Assembly: GCF_030028105.1 (NCBI RefSeq)
Contig: NC_092402.1
Span: forward strand, 35,262,843 to 35,326,842
Origin: Mobula birostris
Lineage: Eukaryota
Reading direction: 5' to 3'
DNA length: 64,000 nt
The position numbers and the translations under genes are program-made. Of this stretch, positions 27,072-39,899 are shown piece by piece; the stretch's first letter is position 1; the number at the start of each line of letters is the position of its first letter. Under the pieces are notes generated by a model. It did not search any database, had not been told where the DNA came from, and worked only from the letters and a program-made list of their open reading frames with translations.

Positions 27072-28340
27072 TGTGAGGGGATCCAGGAGTTCCCCTATTA
27101 TCTGTTTGAAGAGAGACAGAGAGTTATTTACCACCGATATGTTGTTTTTGAAAAGAGAGAGAGAGAGAGAGACGAAGATTAACAGTTGGACTGTCACTTT
27201 AAGGCATTGGAAGTAACTTTGGATTTTTACTGAGTTTGGAGTTGGAGACAGCACCGAGCAGCTCGTAAGTTGCTGTGGTAACCGAAGGCGGTGTTATTTA
27301 ATGGACACTCGATGTTATGGTTTTCAGCAGGTTGTTGATATTTCTTCAAGGACTTGTTGCCTGCTTGTGCATTTCTTCACAGACAAAGGAAGGAGGGACT
27401 CTTTGAATGACAGGTGATGCTCAGCCTGGTGAGATAAATGGGAGGCCAGATGATACAGACCTCAGACACATGATCTGGACACTGAATGAGCATTGTTGTG
27501 CCCACAGAGAAAGTGGGTTTTGGAGGATCGATCAGGCGGATCGATCCCAATTGCTATTCCAACAGTGAAGAAGGGGTTGACTGGTGGGGAGTTGTCTATG
27601 TGTCCACCCTCGCCTGGGTGATAACTCCACCACAGGAAAACAGGTTCCCCTGGTTAAAGTCACAGTCGGTGACTTGTGAAGGATTTCGGAGGACGACAAG
27701 AAGATCGACGGCATCAGCTCACCTGAAGACTCAACTCACTCTCTCTCTCCATCACTACTCAACTAAATACCATGAACTGAACTTTACTCAACATCGTAAA
27801 ACTGTATCTTTTTACCCCTAGACTTAAAGAAGCTTGGGTTTCATACCTATGTATTCCACACTTACTTCCATATGTAATCATTGCTAACCTGTGTGATTTA
27901 TTTACATTGATATTACTGTATTGTGTAGTTAATAAATATTAGTAGTTTATGGCAATACTGGACTCCAAAGTGGTTTCTATTTCTGCTGGTTCTTTATCCC
28001 CGTCACAGGGTACGTGACATAATTGGGGCCTGCGTCCGCGATATGAACAAATTGGTCGGGAGGCTGGTTTGAATTGATTGGGGAAAATCCCTTTTGATTT
28101 GGACTTTTGATTTGGTTGTGTGGAAAAACAGCAGAAATGGATGTTAGAGACTTTCTGAAATCACCAGACCTGGTGACTTTGAAGTTAGCTAAAAAGTATG
28201 AGTTGTGAGACATTGCTAAAGAATTGAGAATTGAGGTAAAGAAGGGTGTGAGTAAGGTAGAAATTCAAAGAAAAATAGTTGAATATTATATAGATAAGGG
28301 AACATTTGATGAGGAGGCATTAGAGTTGTTCGTGGAAGGT
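27072..28340 (+). mobile_element. Duplicated 5' LTR (27072-28019), PBS and truncated gag start of the Gmr1-like element
   Basis: TG...CA LTR, PBS at 28024-28042, gag ATG at 28137; cut at the duplication junction. Confidence 0.92.
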
Positions 28341-28999
28341 CTCCAGTCCTCTGGGATACAGAATTCCATGTACAGTATTCAACACAGTTTAAGTGAAGAA
28401 ATCTTCCCTCTTCTTAGTGCAGAATAGTTGACTCCTAATCTTGAGGGTTCTAGAATAGTGGAGGCACCCAAGACAGGACACAATATTCACAAGTTTACTA
28501 CATGTCATTTAATATATAATTGTCGGGAAAACTAATTTAACCCAGACAAATATAAAGGTAATAAGGGATTAGAATGTATATTTGATGTGGATCATGGGAG
28601 AAAAGTTAGACATTATGTTAAGTAACATATGTTTTATTTACTGTTACAGTGACGAGAAAGTAGTTGTAAATTTGGACGTTCTTGACAAAGAAGAAATCAA
28701 AAACAAAAACAAATGACAAGCGATGAGCCTGCAGTGACAAGGTGAATATTGTATGTCCAAAATTAAAGGAAAAAGTAGCTTTAGAAAGGTAATCAAGAGA
28801 ACAATCCGTAAATGTAAGCAAAAGACACAAATGCTACGATATATGTTTTCAATAGTTAAACTATTTGCGAGAGGTTGTTAAAGTGACTCAGTTTAATGGA
28901 ACTGGCATACATTTTGCATTCGCCAAATACTTGAAGGAATTTGTTTATCCGTATCTCGAAAACCTCAGTTTCTGAAGCACTTTGAAAATTGCAAACGGT

Positions 29000-30067
29000 A
29001 TGAACCTAATTATTACCACTTGCCTCGGTGTCTTGGTGGGCATCCTGAAGACCGATGGATTCAAACTGTGCCCGCACCGTTGCTCCTGCGATGATTTTTC
29101 CCATTTCGTGGACTGTAAAAGGCGTTCCCTGACTTCCATCCCGAGGGATATCCCACACGGCACATGGATGCTAGACATTAGATACAACAACCTGGCTGAG
29201 ATTCCCTGCGGTTCCTTCAGCGGACTGTGGTCCACGCGGGTAGTCCTGTTGGCTCGCAACCGAATCAATCGCATCCATTCTGGAGCCTTCGAGTCCCTGA
29301 ATTTTCTGGAAAGCCTAGATCTGGATCAAAATCGTATAAAGTTTCTACCCGGGGATCTTTCTAATAGCCTGCAGCACTTGATAGAACTGAGACTGTCGAA
29401 TAACCATGTTGAATACATACACGGCGACAGCATGCGGAATTTGGAAAGCCTGCAGAAGTTGGACCTGAGCGGCAATTTGATCACGTCCATGGAAAGCGGG
29501 GTTTTCAGAGGTCTGCTCAAACTCCGGACTCTGTTCCTGAAAAACAACAGGCTGGTCGTCATTGAAAACGGATACTTCCTCATGCTACAAAGTCTGGAAG
29601 TTCTTCACTTGGAGAATAACAACATTTCAACCATCCAGGGAGAAGCGTTCGGCTCTCTGCGGAGCTTGAATCTCCTGTGTTTGAATGGAAATCGTTTGAA
29701 TCACATCAACTTCAAAACGTTTCTGAACATTCAGACTCAAGGAACCCACCTGCAGCTCGCTCGTAATCATTGGACGTGTGACTGCGATCTCCAGAGAGTG
29801 TTTGGGAAGATCGTCAGTGTTCGGCATCTGCATGTAGACGATTACAGCAACATCACGTGTTCAGCTCCTGGACACCTCCTGGGATATCCACTGGTAGCAG
29901 TGGATTCGCAGCTGTGCGTGGCCGAGACTGCCACCGTCTTGGTGATAACTGGCACGGTGCTGGTCACTGTCATCGCCGCCATGGTTATGGCCGAAAGGAA
30001 CCGGAAGAAAGCCGGGAACAAGAGTTGGAACGACAACGACGGGCCCTTTGACTCTCAGGAGAAATGA
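29000..30067 (+). CDS. Type-I transmembrane LRR protein, 355 aa (copy 2, protein identical to copy 1)
   Basis: Translation identical to 18853-19920. The putative native promoter/exon 1 is not part of the duplicated unit. Confidence 0.85.
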   Translation: MNLIITTCLGVLVGILKTDGFKLCPHRCSCDDFSHFVDCKRRSLTSIPRDIPHGTWMLDIRYNNLAEIPCGSFSGLWSTRVVLLARNRINRIHSGAFESLNFLESLDLDQNRIKFLPGDLSNSLQHLIELRLSNNHVEYIHGDSMRNLESLQKLDLSGNLITSMESGVFRGLLKLRTLFLKNNRLVVIENGYFLMLQSLEVLHLENNNISTIQGEAFGSLRSLNLLCLNGNRLNHINFKTFLNIQTQGTHLQLARNHWTCDCDLQRVFGKIVSVRHLHVDDYSNITCSAPGHLLGYPLVAVDSQLCVAETATVLVITGTVLVTVIAAMVMAERNRKKAGNKSWNDNDGPFDSQEK

Positions 30068-31267
30068 CGCTTTGCTGAAGAACTGTATTGAGATCAATGG
30101 TGTCGGTTTCCGCTGAGATACCAGGTTCAGAACATCTTATCATAAACATTATCTTTCAAGAAAATGTTCTTGATAAATTGTAATCAGTTTCTGAGAGCCC
30201 ACGTTCTGAGAACCCACAAAAGTAAACCAACTTTCAGAGAAATTAACACAACCATTTGTTTGAACAGAAATTGTATACCGTTCTTTATATCTCCCGATCT
30301 GTCAGGATTATGTCAAACGATAAATCATTCATTGAGAGTTGTTCCGGTTGTTTTTCCCCCCTTGAGAATGCACACTTTCCCGGAATATTAACAACACTGA
30401 ATCCCCGCCACCCCGTCTGCTATAGAATGTTTCTAATTCCCTTATAGTTTAACCATTTTTTTTTGTAGCTAACACGGACCATGAATATTGGCGAGACTTG
30501 GAAATATCCCAACTGTAGTTCGATCCAAGCAGACGGAGAATGCTCGGAGTGAATCGGTGATGTAAGGGACAGGAAGAATATGAGACGGCAGATCAGTGAA
30601 GTCATGTCTATATGTATATCTGTAATGCAAAAGTATCAGGGAACGGTTATATTGATTAGTGCTACTTAAGTCAAAGTGGAAGTGAATGCTCTTGAATTAC
30701 TCTAGCTTTGAATTTCTCGATGAACAGGTAAAACTGAACATTTTGCATAGAGAATTCTTTGTTCCGCGCGATCCACTGGCTACTGCATTCCTAAAGAATT
30801 CAACAGCATGTCAAGCTCACTAGTAGATTAACAAGTCGGCTCGCTGCTTTCTTAAAATGTTATAAACGAAGTTCAGTTTTGAAACTCTAGATGTTTTCTG
30901 AGCTTTTATAGCTACATCAGAGTAGCTTTCTTAAACCGTTACAAGCACTGATACTGGAGCCATCATTACCTGGTAAAATGGCGCTTACATGCAGTATGCG
31001 AAAATGAACTGCTTTGTGTTACTGTTCATTTTGGTGAAAAGTTAAACTGAAGTGTGTCCTTTTAAAATTAATATTAATTATTAGCTGTTTCATCAACCTT
31101 AACCGTCAACAGGGCTTTTTAAAAATAATAATATTTTAAAATTTGTTCCTTGCGTGCTGGAAATTATAACTACTGTACTGTATTTCGTTTGCATTTTATA
31201 TAAAGACCTTTGGGGGATTTCATCAAAGTATAGTGAGCATTTGATTAATGCCAATTTAGCCAATATA

Positions 31268-31421
31268 CAGCAACACTCACAAAATGCTGGGGGAACTCAG
31301 CAGGTGAGGCAGCATCTATGGAAAAGAGTAAACTGTCGACGTTTCCGGCCGAGACCCTTCATCGGGACAAGAAAAAAAGATGAGAAGTTAGAGCAAGAAG
31401 GTGGTGGTGGTGGTGGTGGTC

Positions 31422-31468
<47 letters not shown>

Positions 31469-34400
31469 ACACGCGTACGTACGCACAAGGTGGTAGGTGA
31501 TAGGCAAAACCGGGAGGGGGGAGGGTGAGGTAAAGAGCCGGGGAACTGATAGGTTAAAGAGATGACGGGCTGGAGAAGGGCGGGGGGGGGGGGAGTGGGA
31601 TCTGATAGGAGAGGGTAGAAGACCGTGGAGGAAAGGGAAGGAGGAGGAGCACCAGAGGGAGGTGATGGGCAGGTAAGGAGATAAGGTGAGAGAGGGAAAC
31701 AGGAATGGGAATGGGGAAGGGGGCAATTACCGGAAGTTCGAGAAATCGATGCTTATACCATCTTGTAGGAGGTTACCCAGACGGAATATGTTTTGCTCCT
31801 CCAACCTGAGTGTGGCTTCATCGCGACAATAGAGGAGAGCATGGATGGACTTGTCGGAATGGGAATGGGGAGTGGAATTAAAATAGGTGGCTTCCGAGAG
31901 ATCTGGCTGAAGGAGCGTAGGTGCTCGGGGAAGCGGTCTCCCAATCTACGTCGGGTCTCACTCATATACGGGAGGCCACACCGAGAGCACCCGATTTAGT
32001 AGATGACCCCAACGGATTCACAGGTGAAGTGTCGCCTCAGCTGGAAGGACTGTTTGGGGCCCTGAATGGTAGTGAGGGAGAAGGTATAGGGGCGGGTGTA
32101 GCACTTGTTCCGTTGGCAAGGCTAAGTACCAGGTAGCTGTGAGAACCAGTGGGGTTACAAAAAGGATTATATAAAAAAATCAGTAGGCAAATGTCTCCAG
32201 AGATAGAGACAGAGAAATCGAGAAAGGGGAGAGGGTGTTGGAAATAGAGCAGGTAAATTTTGAGGGCAATGGAAGTTGGAGGAAAAGTTGATTAAGTCGA
32301 CGAGCTCGAATACAGGAAGCAGCAACAATGCAGCCGTCGATGTAGCGTAGGAAAAGTGGGGGATGGTCACCAGTGTAGGCTTGAAACATAGACTGTTCCA
32401 CATGGCCGACAAAAAGTCAGGCAAAGCTAGGACCCATTCGAGTGCTCATGGCTACTTACACCTCTGGTTTGGAGGAAGCGGGAGGAGCCGAAGGAGAGAT
32501 TAACAGCTAGGACCGGTTCCGCCAGACGGAAGAGAGTGGTAGTGGAAGGGAGCAGGTTAGACCTGTTATCTAGAAAGAAGCGGGGAGCTTTAAGGCCCTC
32601 CTGATGGGGAATGGAGGGTGGAGGTGTATAGGAACCCGACGTCCATGGTGAAAGTGAGATGATCGGGGCCAGGGAAGTTGAAAAAATCCGGAGCATGTGA
32701 AATGTCACGGATGTAGGTAGGAAGGGACTGAACCTGGGGGGATAAAACAGAGTCGAGGTATGCAGATAGAAGTTCAGCGTGACAGGAACAAGCAGAAACA
32801 ATGGGTCTACCTGGACTAACGGGTTTGTGGACAGGAGGTAGCAACGGGAAGTGCGGGGTAAGGGAACTATGAGGTTGCTGGCAGTGAATGGGATCCAGAA
32901 TAAGGGGATCCATAATAAGGACAATGATGGTGCGGGTGACAATGGTTGGTTCTCCTCAGTGAGGTCCTGTTCGAGGGGTAAGTACGAGGAAGTGACTGAG
33001 AGTTGTTGCTTGTCCTCAGCAAGTTAGGAGTCAGTCCTCCAGACAACTACAGCACCTCGCTGCAGGTTTGCTGGTGAGGTTAGGATTAGTGTGGAGAGAG
33101 CAGAGACCAATGCGTTCTGAAGGAGTGAGGTTTGAATTTGAGAGAGGAGTGGTAAGGTCGAGACGGTTGAAGACTCGTCGGCATTTAGTACTGAAAAGAT
33201 CCAGAGCAGGCAGAAGACCAGGGCAGGGTGTCAAGGGAGATGAGGAGGGTTGAAGACGGGAGAAAGGGGGTCATCGGTGCGGGGTAGAGAAACAGGCACG
33301 GGGACGGATGCGACGGAAGAAGCGCTCAGCTTCAAGGCGGGCGCGTAACTCACCGATGTGTGGGCTTAGGGGGACGAAAGTTAGGCCCTTACTAAGGACA
33401 GAACGTTCTGCCTCAGAGAGGGGAAGGTCACAGGGAATAGTGAAGACCCGGCATAGACAGCTGGGATCAGAGAGGGGAATTAGGGGAGGTTGGGGTTTTC
33501 AGGGAAGGTGGATGGGAGGAAGATGGAGTCTCCGAGGACCCAAGAGCTGACGGAGAGCTTAAAGCTCTCTGCTTCTTTCTAGATAATATCTCGACCTTGT
33601 TTCCACTCTCCCCCCTCCCCCCGCACCCGCCCCCGCCAAGTTCAGACCATTCCCACCTACATCCGTGACATGTCATATGCTCTGGATCTTTTCAAGTTCC
33701 CTGGCCCCGATCGTCTCATTTTCACCTTGGACTTCCATTTCCTATATACTTCCATCCTCCACCTCCCCATCAGAAAGACCTTAAAATTCTCCGCTTCTTT
33801 ATGGATAGCAGACCCAACCTGCCCCCTCCACGCACAACACGCTGGAGGAACTCAGCAGGTCGAGCAGTATCCGTGGAAACTAACAGTCAACATTTCGGGC
33901 CGGAACCCTTCGTCAGAACTGAAGAGGGAAGGGGCAGAGGCCCTATAAAGAAGGTAGGGGGAGGGTGGGAACGAGACGGCTGGTAGGTTCCAGGTGAAAA
34001 ACCAGTCGGGAAAGATAAAGGGGTGGGGGAGGGGAAGCAGGGAGGTGATAGGCAGGAAAGGTGAAGAAAGAATAGGGGAAAACACAATGGGTAGTAGAAG
34101 GAGGTGGGACCATGAGGGAGGTGGTAGGTAGCTGGGGGAGGGGCAGGGTGAAATAGGGATAGGGGAAGGGAGGGGGAGGGAATTACCAGAAGTTGGAGAA
34201 TTCAATGTTCATACTAAGGGGCTGGAGACTACCCAGACGGTATATGAGGTGTTGCTCCTCCAACCTGAGTTTAGCCTCATCATGGCAGTAGAGGAGGCCA
34301 CGTATGGACATGTCTGAATGGGAATGTGAAGCAGAGTTGAAGTGGGTGGCTACTGGGAGATCCTGTCTGTTGTGGCGGACGGAGCGGAGGTGCTCGACGA

Positions 34401-34557
34401 AGTAGTCCCCCAATCTGCATCGGGTTTCACCGATGTAGAAGAGGTCACACTGGGAGCACCGGATGCAATAGGTGACCCCAACAGACTCACAAGTGAAGTG
34501 TTGCCTCACCTGGAAGGACTGTTTGGGGCCCTGAATGGTGGTGAGATAGGAGGTGTA
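31268..34557 (-). mobile_element. Duplicated Penelope-like cluster
   Basis: Copy of 21121-24410. Confidence 0.85.
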
Positions 34558-36120
34558 GGGACCCACTTGGTCTGCATCCCAGGGTACTTAAGGAGGTGGC
34601 TCTAGAAATCGTGGATGCATTGGTAATTATTTTCGAATGTTCTATAGATTCAGGATCAGTTCCTGCGGATTGGAGGGTAGCTAATGTTATCCCACTTTTT
34701 AAGAAAGGAGGGAGAGAGAAAACAGGCAATTATAGACCAGTTAGTCTGACATCAGTTGTGGGGAAGATGCTGGAGTCAATTATAAAAGATGAAATAGCGG
34801 CATATTTGGATAGCAGTAGCAGGATAGGTCCGAGTCAGCATGGATTTACGAAGAGAAAATCATGCTTGACTGTTCTTCTAGAATTTTTTGAGGATGTAAC
34901 TATGAAAATGGACATGGGAAAGCCAGTGGATGTAGTGTACCTGGACTTTCAGAAGGCCTTTGATAAGGGCCCACATAGGAGATTAGTGGGCAAAATTAGA
35001 GCACATGGTATTGGGGGTAGGTACTGACATGGATAGAAAATTGGTTGGCAGACAGGAAACAAAGAGTCGGGATTAACGGGTCCTTTTCAGAATGGCAGGC
35101 AGTGACTAGTGGGGTACCGCAAGGCTCGGTGCTGGGACCGCAGCTATTTACAATATACATTAATGATTTGGATGAAGGGATTAAAAGTAACATTAGCAAA
35201 TTTGCCGATGACACAAAGCTGGGTGGCAGTGTGAAATGTGAGGAGGATGTTATGAGAATGCAGACTTGGACAGGTTGGGTGAGTGGGCAGATGCATGGCA
35301 GATGCAGTTTAATGTGGATAAATGTGAGGTTATCCACTTTGGTGGCAAGAACAGGAAGGCAGATTACTATCTGAATGGTGTCAAGTAGGAAAAGGGGAAG
35401 TACAACGAGATCTGGGTGTCCTTGTTCATCAGTCACTGAAAGTAAGCATACAGGTACAGCAGGCAGTGAAGAAAGCTAATGGCATGTTGGCCTTCATAAC
35501 AAGGGGAATTGAGTATAGGAGCAAAGAGGTCCTTCTGCAGTTATACAAGGCCCTGGTGAGACCCCACCTGGAGTGTTGTGTGCAGTTTTGGTCTCCAAAT
35601 TTGAGGAAGGACATTCTTGCTATGGAAGGAGTGCAGCGTAGTTTCACTGGGTTAATTCCAGGGATGGCGGGACTGTCATATGTTGAAAGATTGGAATGAC
35701 TGGGCTTGTATACACTGGAATTTAGAAGGATGAGAGGGGATCTGATTGAAACATATAAAATTATTAAGGGATTGGACACGCTAGAGGAAGGAAACATGTT
35801 CCTGATGTTGGGGGAGTCCAGAACCAGAGGCCACAGTTTAAGAATAAGGGGTAGACCATTTAGAACGGAGTTGAGGAAAAACTTTTTCACACAGAGGGTT
35901 GTGGATTTGTGGAATGCTCTGCCTCAGAAGGCAGTGGAGGCCAATTCTCTGGATGCTTTCAAGAAAGAGTTAGATAGAGCTCTTAAAGATAGTGGAGTCA
36001 AGGGATATGGGGAGAAGGCAGGAACAGGGTACTGATTGTGGATGATCAGCCATGATCACAGTGAATGGCGGTGCTGGCTCAAAGGGCCGAATGGCCTACT
36101 CCTGCACCTATTGTCTATTG
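34558..36120 (+). mobile_element. Duplicated 5'-truncated CR1 LINE
   Basis: Copy of 24411-25973. Confidence 0.93.
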
Positions 36121-38288
36121 ACTCAAAGATCAAAGTAAATTTTATTATCAAAGTACATCTATGTCACCATACACAACACTGAGATTCATTTTCCTGTGGG
36201 CATACTCAGCAAATCTATAGAACAGTAACTATAGCAGGGTCAATAAAAGATCAATCAGAGTGCAGAGGACAACAAACTGTGTCAAATGCCATCTATAAAT
36301 TTGCTGATGATTCAGCCATTACTGGTAGAATCCCAAATGGCAATGAGAGGGTGTACAGGAGCAAGATAGACCAGCTAGTTGAGTGGTGTTGCAGCAACAA
36401 CCTGGCACTCAATGTCAGTAAGATGAAAGAGCTGATTGTGCACTTCAGGAAGGGGAGGACAAGGGAACATGAACCAATCCTCATAGAGGGATCAGAAGTG
36501 GTGAGAGTGAGCAACTTCAAGTTCCTGGGTGTCAAGATCACTGAGGATCTAACCTGGTCTGAACATATCGATGCAGCTATAAAGAATGCAAGGCAGCAAT
36601 TATACTTCATTAGGAGTTTGAAGGGATTTGGTTTGTCACCTAAAACACTCAAAGACTTCTACAGATGTATCGGGGAGAACATTCTGACAGGCTGCATCCC
36701 TGTCTGGTATGCGGGGGGGGGGGGGGGGCGGGTGGAACTACTGCACAGAAGCTACAGGAAGTTGCAAAATTAGTCAGCTTAATATTGGGTAACAGCCTCC
36801 ATAGCATCCAAGACATCTTCAAGGAGCGGTGCCTCAGAAAGGCGGTGTCCATTATTAAGGGCCCCCATCACCTAGGGGATGCCCTTTTCTCACTGTTACC
36901 ATCGTAGAAAGTACAGAAGCCTGAAGGCACGCACTCAGCGATTCAGGAACAGCTTCTTCCCCTCTGTCATCCGATTCATAAACGGACATTGAACCCGTCA
37001 ACACTACCTCACTACTTTTTTATTTATATTTTTGCATTACTTATTTAATTTAACTATTTTATATAAACACTATAACGCATAAACACTATTTCACTTTTTA
37101 AAATATTATTTCTGTTTTGCACTATTTTTAAACTAACTATTTAATATACATATATATACTTACTGTAATTGTTTTACTTATTTTTAAAATATTTTTTCTT
37201 TCTGTATTATCATGTATTGCATTTGTGAGGGGATCCAGGAGTTCCCCTATTATCTGTTTGAAGAGAGACAGAGAGTTATTTACCACCGATATGTTGTTTT
37301 TGAAAAGAGAGAGAGAGAGAGAGACGAAGATTAACAGTTGGACTGTCACTTTAAGGCATTGGAAGTAACTTTGGATTTTTACTGAGTTTGGAGTTGGAGA
37401 CAGCACCGAGCAGCTCGTAAGTTGCTGTGGTAACCGAAGGCGGTGTTATTTAATGGACACTCGATGTTATGGTTTTCAGCAGGTTGTTGATATTTCTTCA
37501 AGGACTTGTTGCCTGCTTGTGCATTTCTTCACAGACAAAGGAAGGAGGGACTCTTTGAATGACAGGTGATGCTCAGCCTGGTGAAATAAATGGGAGGTCA
37601 GATGATACAGACCTCAGACACATGATCTGGACACTGAATGAGCATTGTTGTGCCCACAGAGAAAGTGGGTTTTGGAGGATCGATCAGGCGGATCGATCCC
37701 AATTGCTATTCCAACAGTGAAGAAGGGGTTGACTGGTGGGGAGTTGTCTATGTGTCCACCCTCGCCTGGGTGATAACTCCACCACAGGAAAACAGGTTCC
37801 CCTGGTTAAAGTCACAGTCGGTGACTTGTGAAGGATTTCGGAGGACGACAAGAAGATCGACGGCATCAGCTCACCTGAAGACTCAACTCACTCTCTCTCT
37901 CCATCACTACTCAACTAAATACCATGAACTGAACTTTACTCAACATCGTAAAACTGTATCTTTTTACCCCTAGACTTAAAGAAGCTTGGGTTTCATACCT
38001 ATGTATTCCACACTTACTTCCATATGTAATCATTGCTAACCTGTGTGATTTATTTACATTGATATTACTGTATTGTGTAGTTAATAAATATTAGTAGTTT
38101 ATGGCAATACTGGACTCCAAAGTGGTTTCTATTTCTGCTGGTTCTTTATCCCCGTCACAGGGTACGTGACATAATTGGGGCCTGCGTCCGCGATATGAAC
38201 AAATTGGTCGGGAGGCTGGTTTGAATTGATTGGGGAAAATCCCTTTTGATTTGGACTTTTGATTTGGTTGTGTGGAAAAACAGCAGAA

Positions 38289-38930
38289 ATGGATGTTAGA
38301 GACTTTCTGAAATCACCAGACCTGGTGACTTTGAAGTTAGCTAAAAAGTATGAGTTGTGAGACATTGCTAAAGAATTGAGAATTGAGGTAAAGAAGGGTG
38401 TGAGTAAGGTAGAAATTCAAAGAAAAATAGTTGAATATTATATAGATAAGGGAACATTTGATGAGGAGGCATTAGAGTTGTTCGTGGAAGGTGAACCTAC
38501 TGAGGATGAGCTTCAGCTTCTGTTGGAAATATTAAAGAGGGAGCATGAATTGAAATTAAAACTGCTCGAGAGAGAAGCTGTTGAAGCAGAAAAGCGAAGG
38601 GTCCATGAGGCTAGAAAGGCAGAGAAACAGAGAGCAGAAGCAGCAAAACAGAGAGAAGAGACAGAAAGACAGAGACAGCTCGAGAGGGAGAAATGGCAAC
38701 GTGAAGATCACGTGGCAGAAAGGCAGAGACAGTTTAAAAGGGAGTAGTTGCAGCAAAGAGGCTTAGTGTCGGACCCTGATGATTTTTACAGCTCAGAAGG
38801 GTTTGTTTCGTGTGATGAATTTAAAAGTTGTGTTCCTGATGAGGTAAGGGCATATCCTGTGGCAGAGGATGCCCCACCCTGAGGGGGTCTGTTGAGAAAG
38901 CAGACGAGGAAGTTTTAACCCATGAGGTTG
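38289..38930 (+). pseudogene. Defective gag with coiled coil and SCAN-like capsid remnant
   Basis: MDVRDFLKSPDLVTLKLAKKYEL*DIAKEL..., an E/R/K-rich coiled coil, then DEFKSCVPDEVRAY...ADEEVLTH. Confidence 0.7.
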
Positions 38931-39899
38931 AGTTAACTCCAGATGAGAGTTTGCCAGAGAATAGCCGGGAGGTTCGAGATGACCTTGAATTTGAAACTGG
39001 GACTAGTGATGACAGCCCAGAAGAGGCAGTTGTTCTGATTGCCTGTGTTCAGGTTGTTGAAGTACCTGTGGGTTCACAGGATTCTGAACATGATGTTGAG
39101 GCTCAGTTGAAGTCTGAGGTGCCTGACTTGGTTGGAAAGGAATGCAGTTTTTGTGTGTCAGATGATCTTGGTTCAGTGAATAAGGGTTAACCTTGGTACC
39201 AGTGGAATGTGAGGATTCTCAGTCATTTGTAGTAGACAGTGTTTTAAAAGCTGGTGAGGTCAATGTTGCTGGAAGTAATGGGAAAAGTGCTGTTCCTGGA
39301 CTTTTGGATAAAGTGCTGGGAAAGGTTGGATTGGTTGCACGCTCTTTGACCCTGCTTGCAGGACAAAGGCCCGCTGAGACAGGATGCGCTAGTTTGTTGG
39401 ACTTTGTTTGGACATTTAAGCACCTGCAAGGTCATGCTGTTATTCAGAGTAATATTATGGAGAGGAAGAACTGTTGTGATTTTGGAGTGGGAGTTGCTAT
39501 GGAAGCAAGTGGAAGTATAGGACGTAATCAGATGGGTAGTTTATTTGGTCTCTTCCATAATGTATACATGATTCTGATCAGCCTGATGATGGTACTGAGT
39601 TTAATAAACAATGGAGACATGTTGACAGCTCTCCAAGGTAAGAGTGTTTCAGCAATTCAGCTAATGAGCAAAGCTGCTGTTGAGGCCTATAGCAGGACCA
39701 AAGGTTTAAATTATGATATGTCACAGACTTTTCTACCTTCCAGATTTCAGCAGGACTTAGAGGGTAGTACAATTGATAAGGGTAAGGTGTATAAGAAAGA
39801 TTTGTCTTTATTGAGAAAGAAATGTATCGAGGAACAGAAGCGAGATTCTGGAATGGTGACTTTAAGGGAGATGGCTCTCACAGGAGAGGAGGTTCAGAG

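Larger units (their letters stand above)
18192..28340 (+). repeat. Tandem segmental duplication, unit 1 (~10.15 kb)
   Basis: Sequence and ORF track repeat at offset 10147 (10152 after a G-run length difference). The junction reads ...GTGGAAG-GT-CTCCAGTCC, with GT shared. Confidence 0.97.
28339..38492 (+). repeat. Tandem segmental duplication, unit 2
   Basis: Matches unit 1. The only differences seen are G11 vs G16 (26566 vs 36713) and two LTR substitutions (27433/37585, 27446/37598). Confidence 0.97.

Noticed and set aside
27486-27821. 111-aa ORF inside the LTR (also at 37638 and 42167)
   Set aside because: No recognisable domain, and the frame is not preserved in the related solo LTR; the recurrence simply reflects LTR copies.
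28224-28427. Chimeric gag-junction ORF as a new fusion protein
   Set aside because: It has no ATG start (the gag ATG frame stops after 23 codons) and ends well before the LRR ORF.
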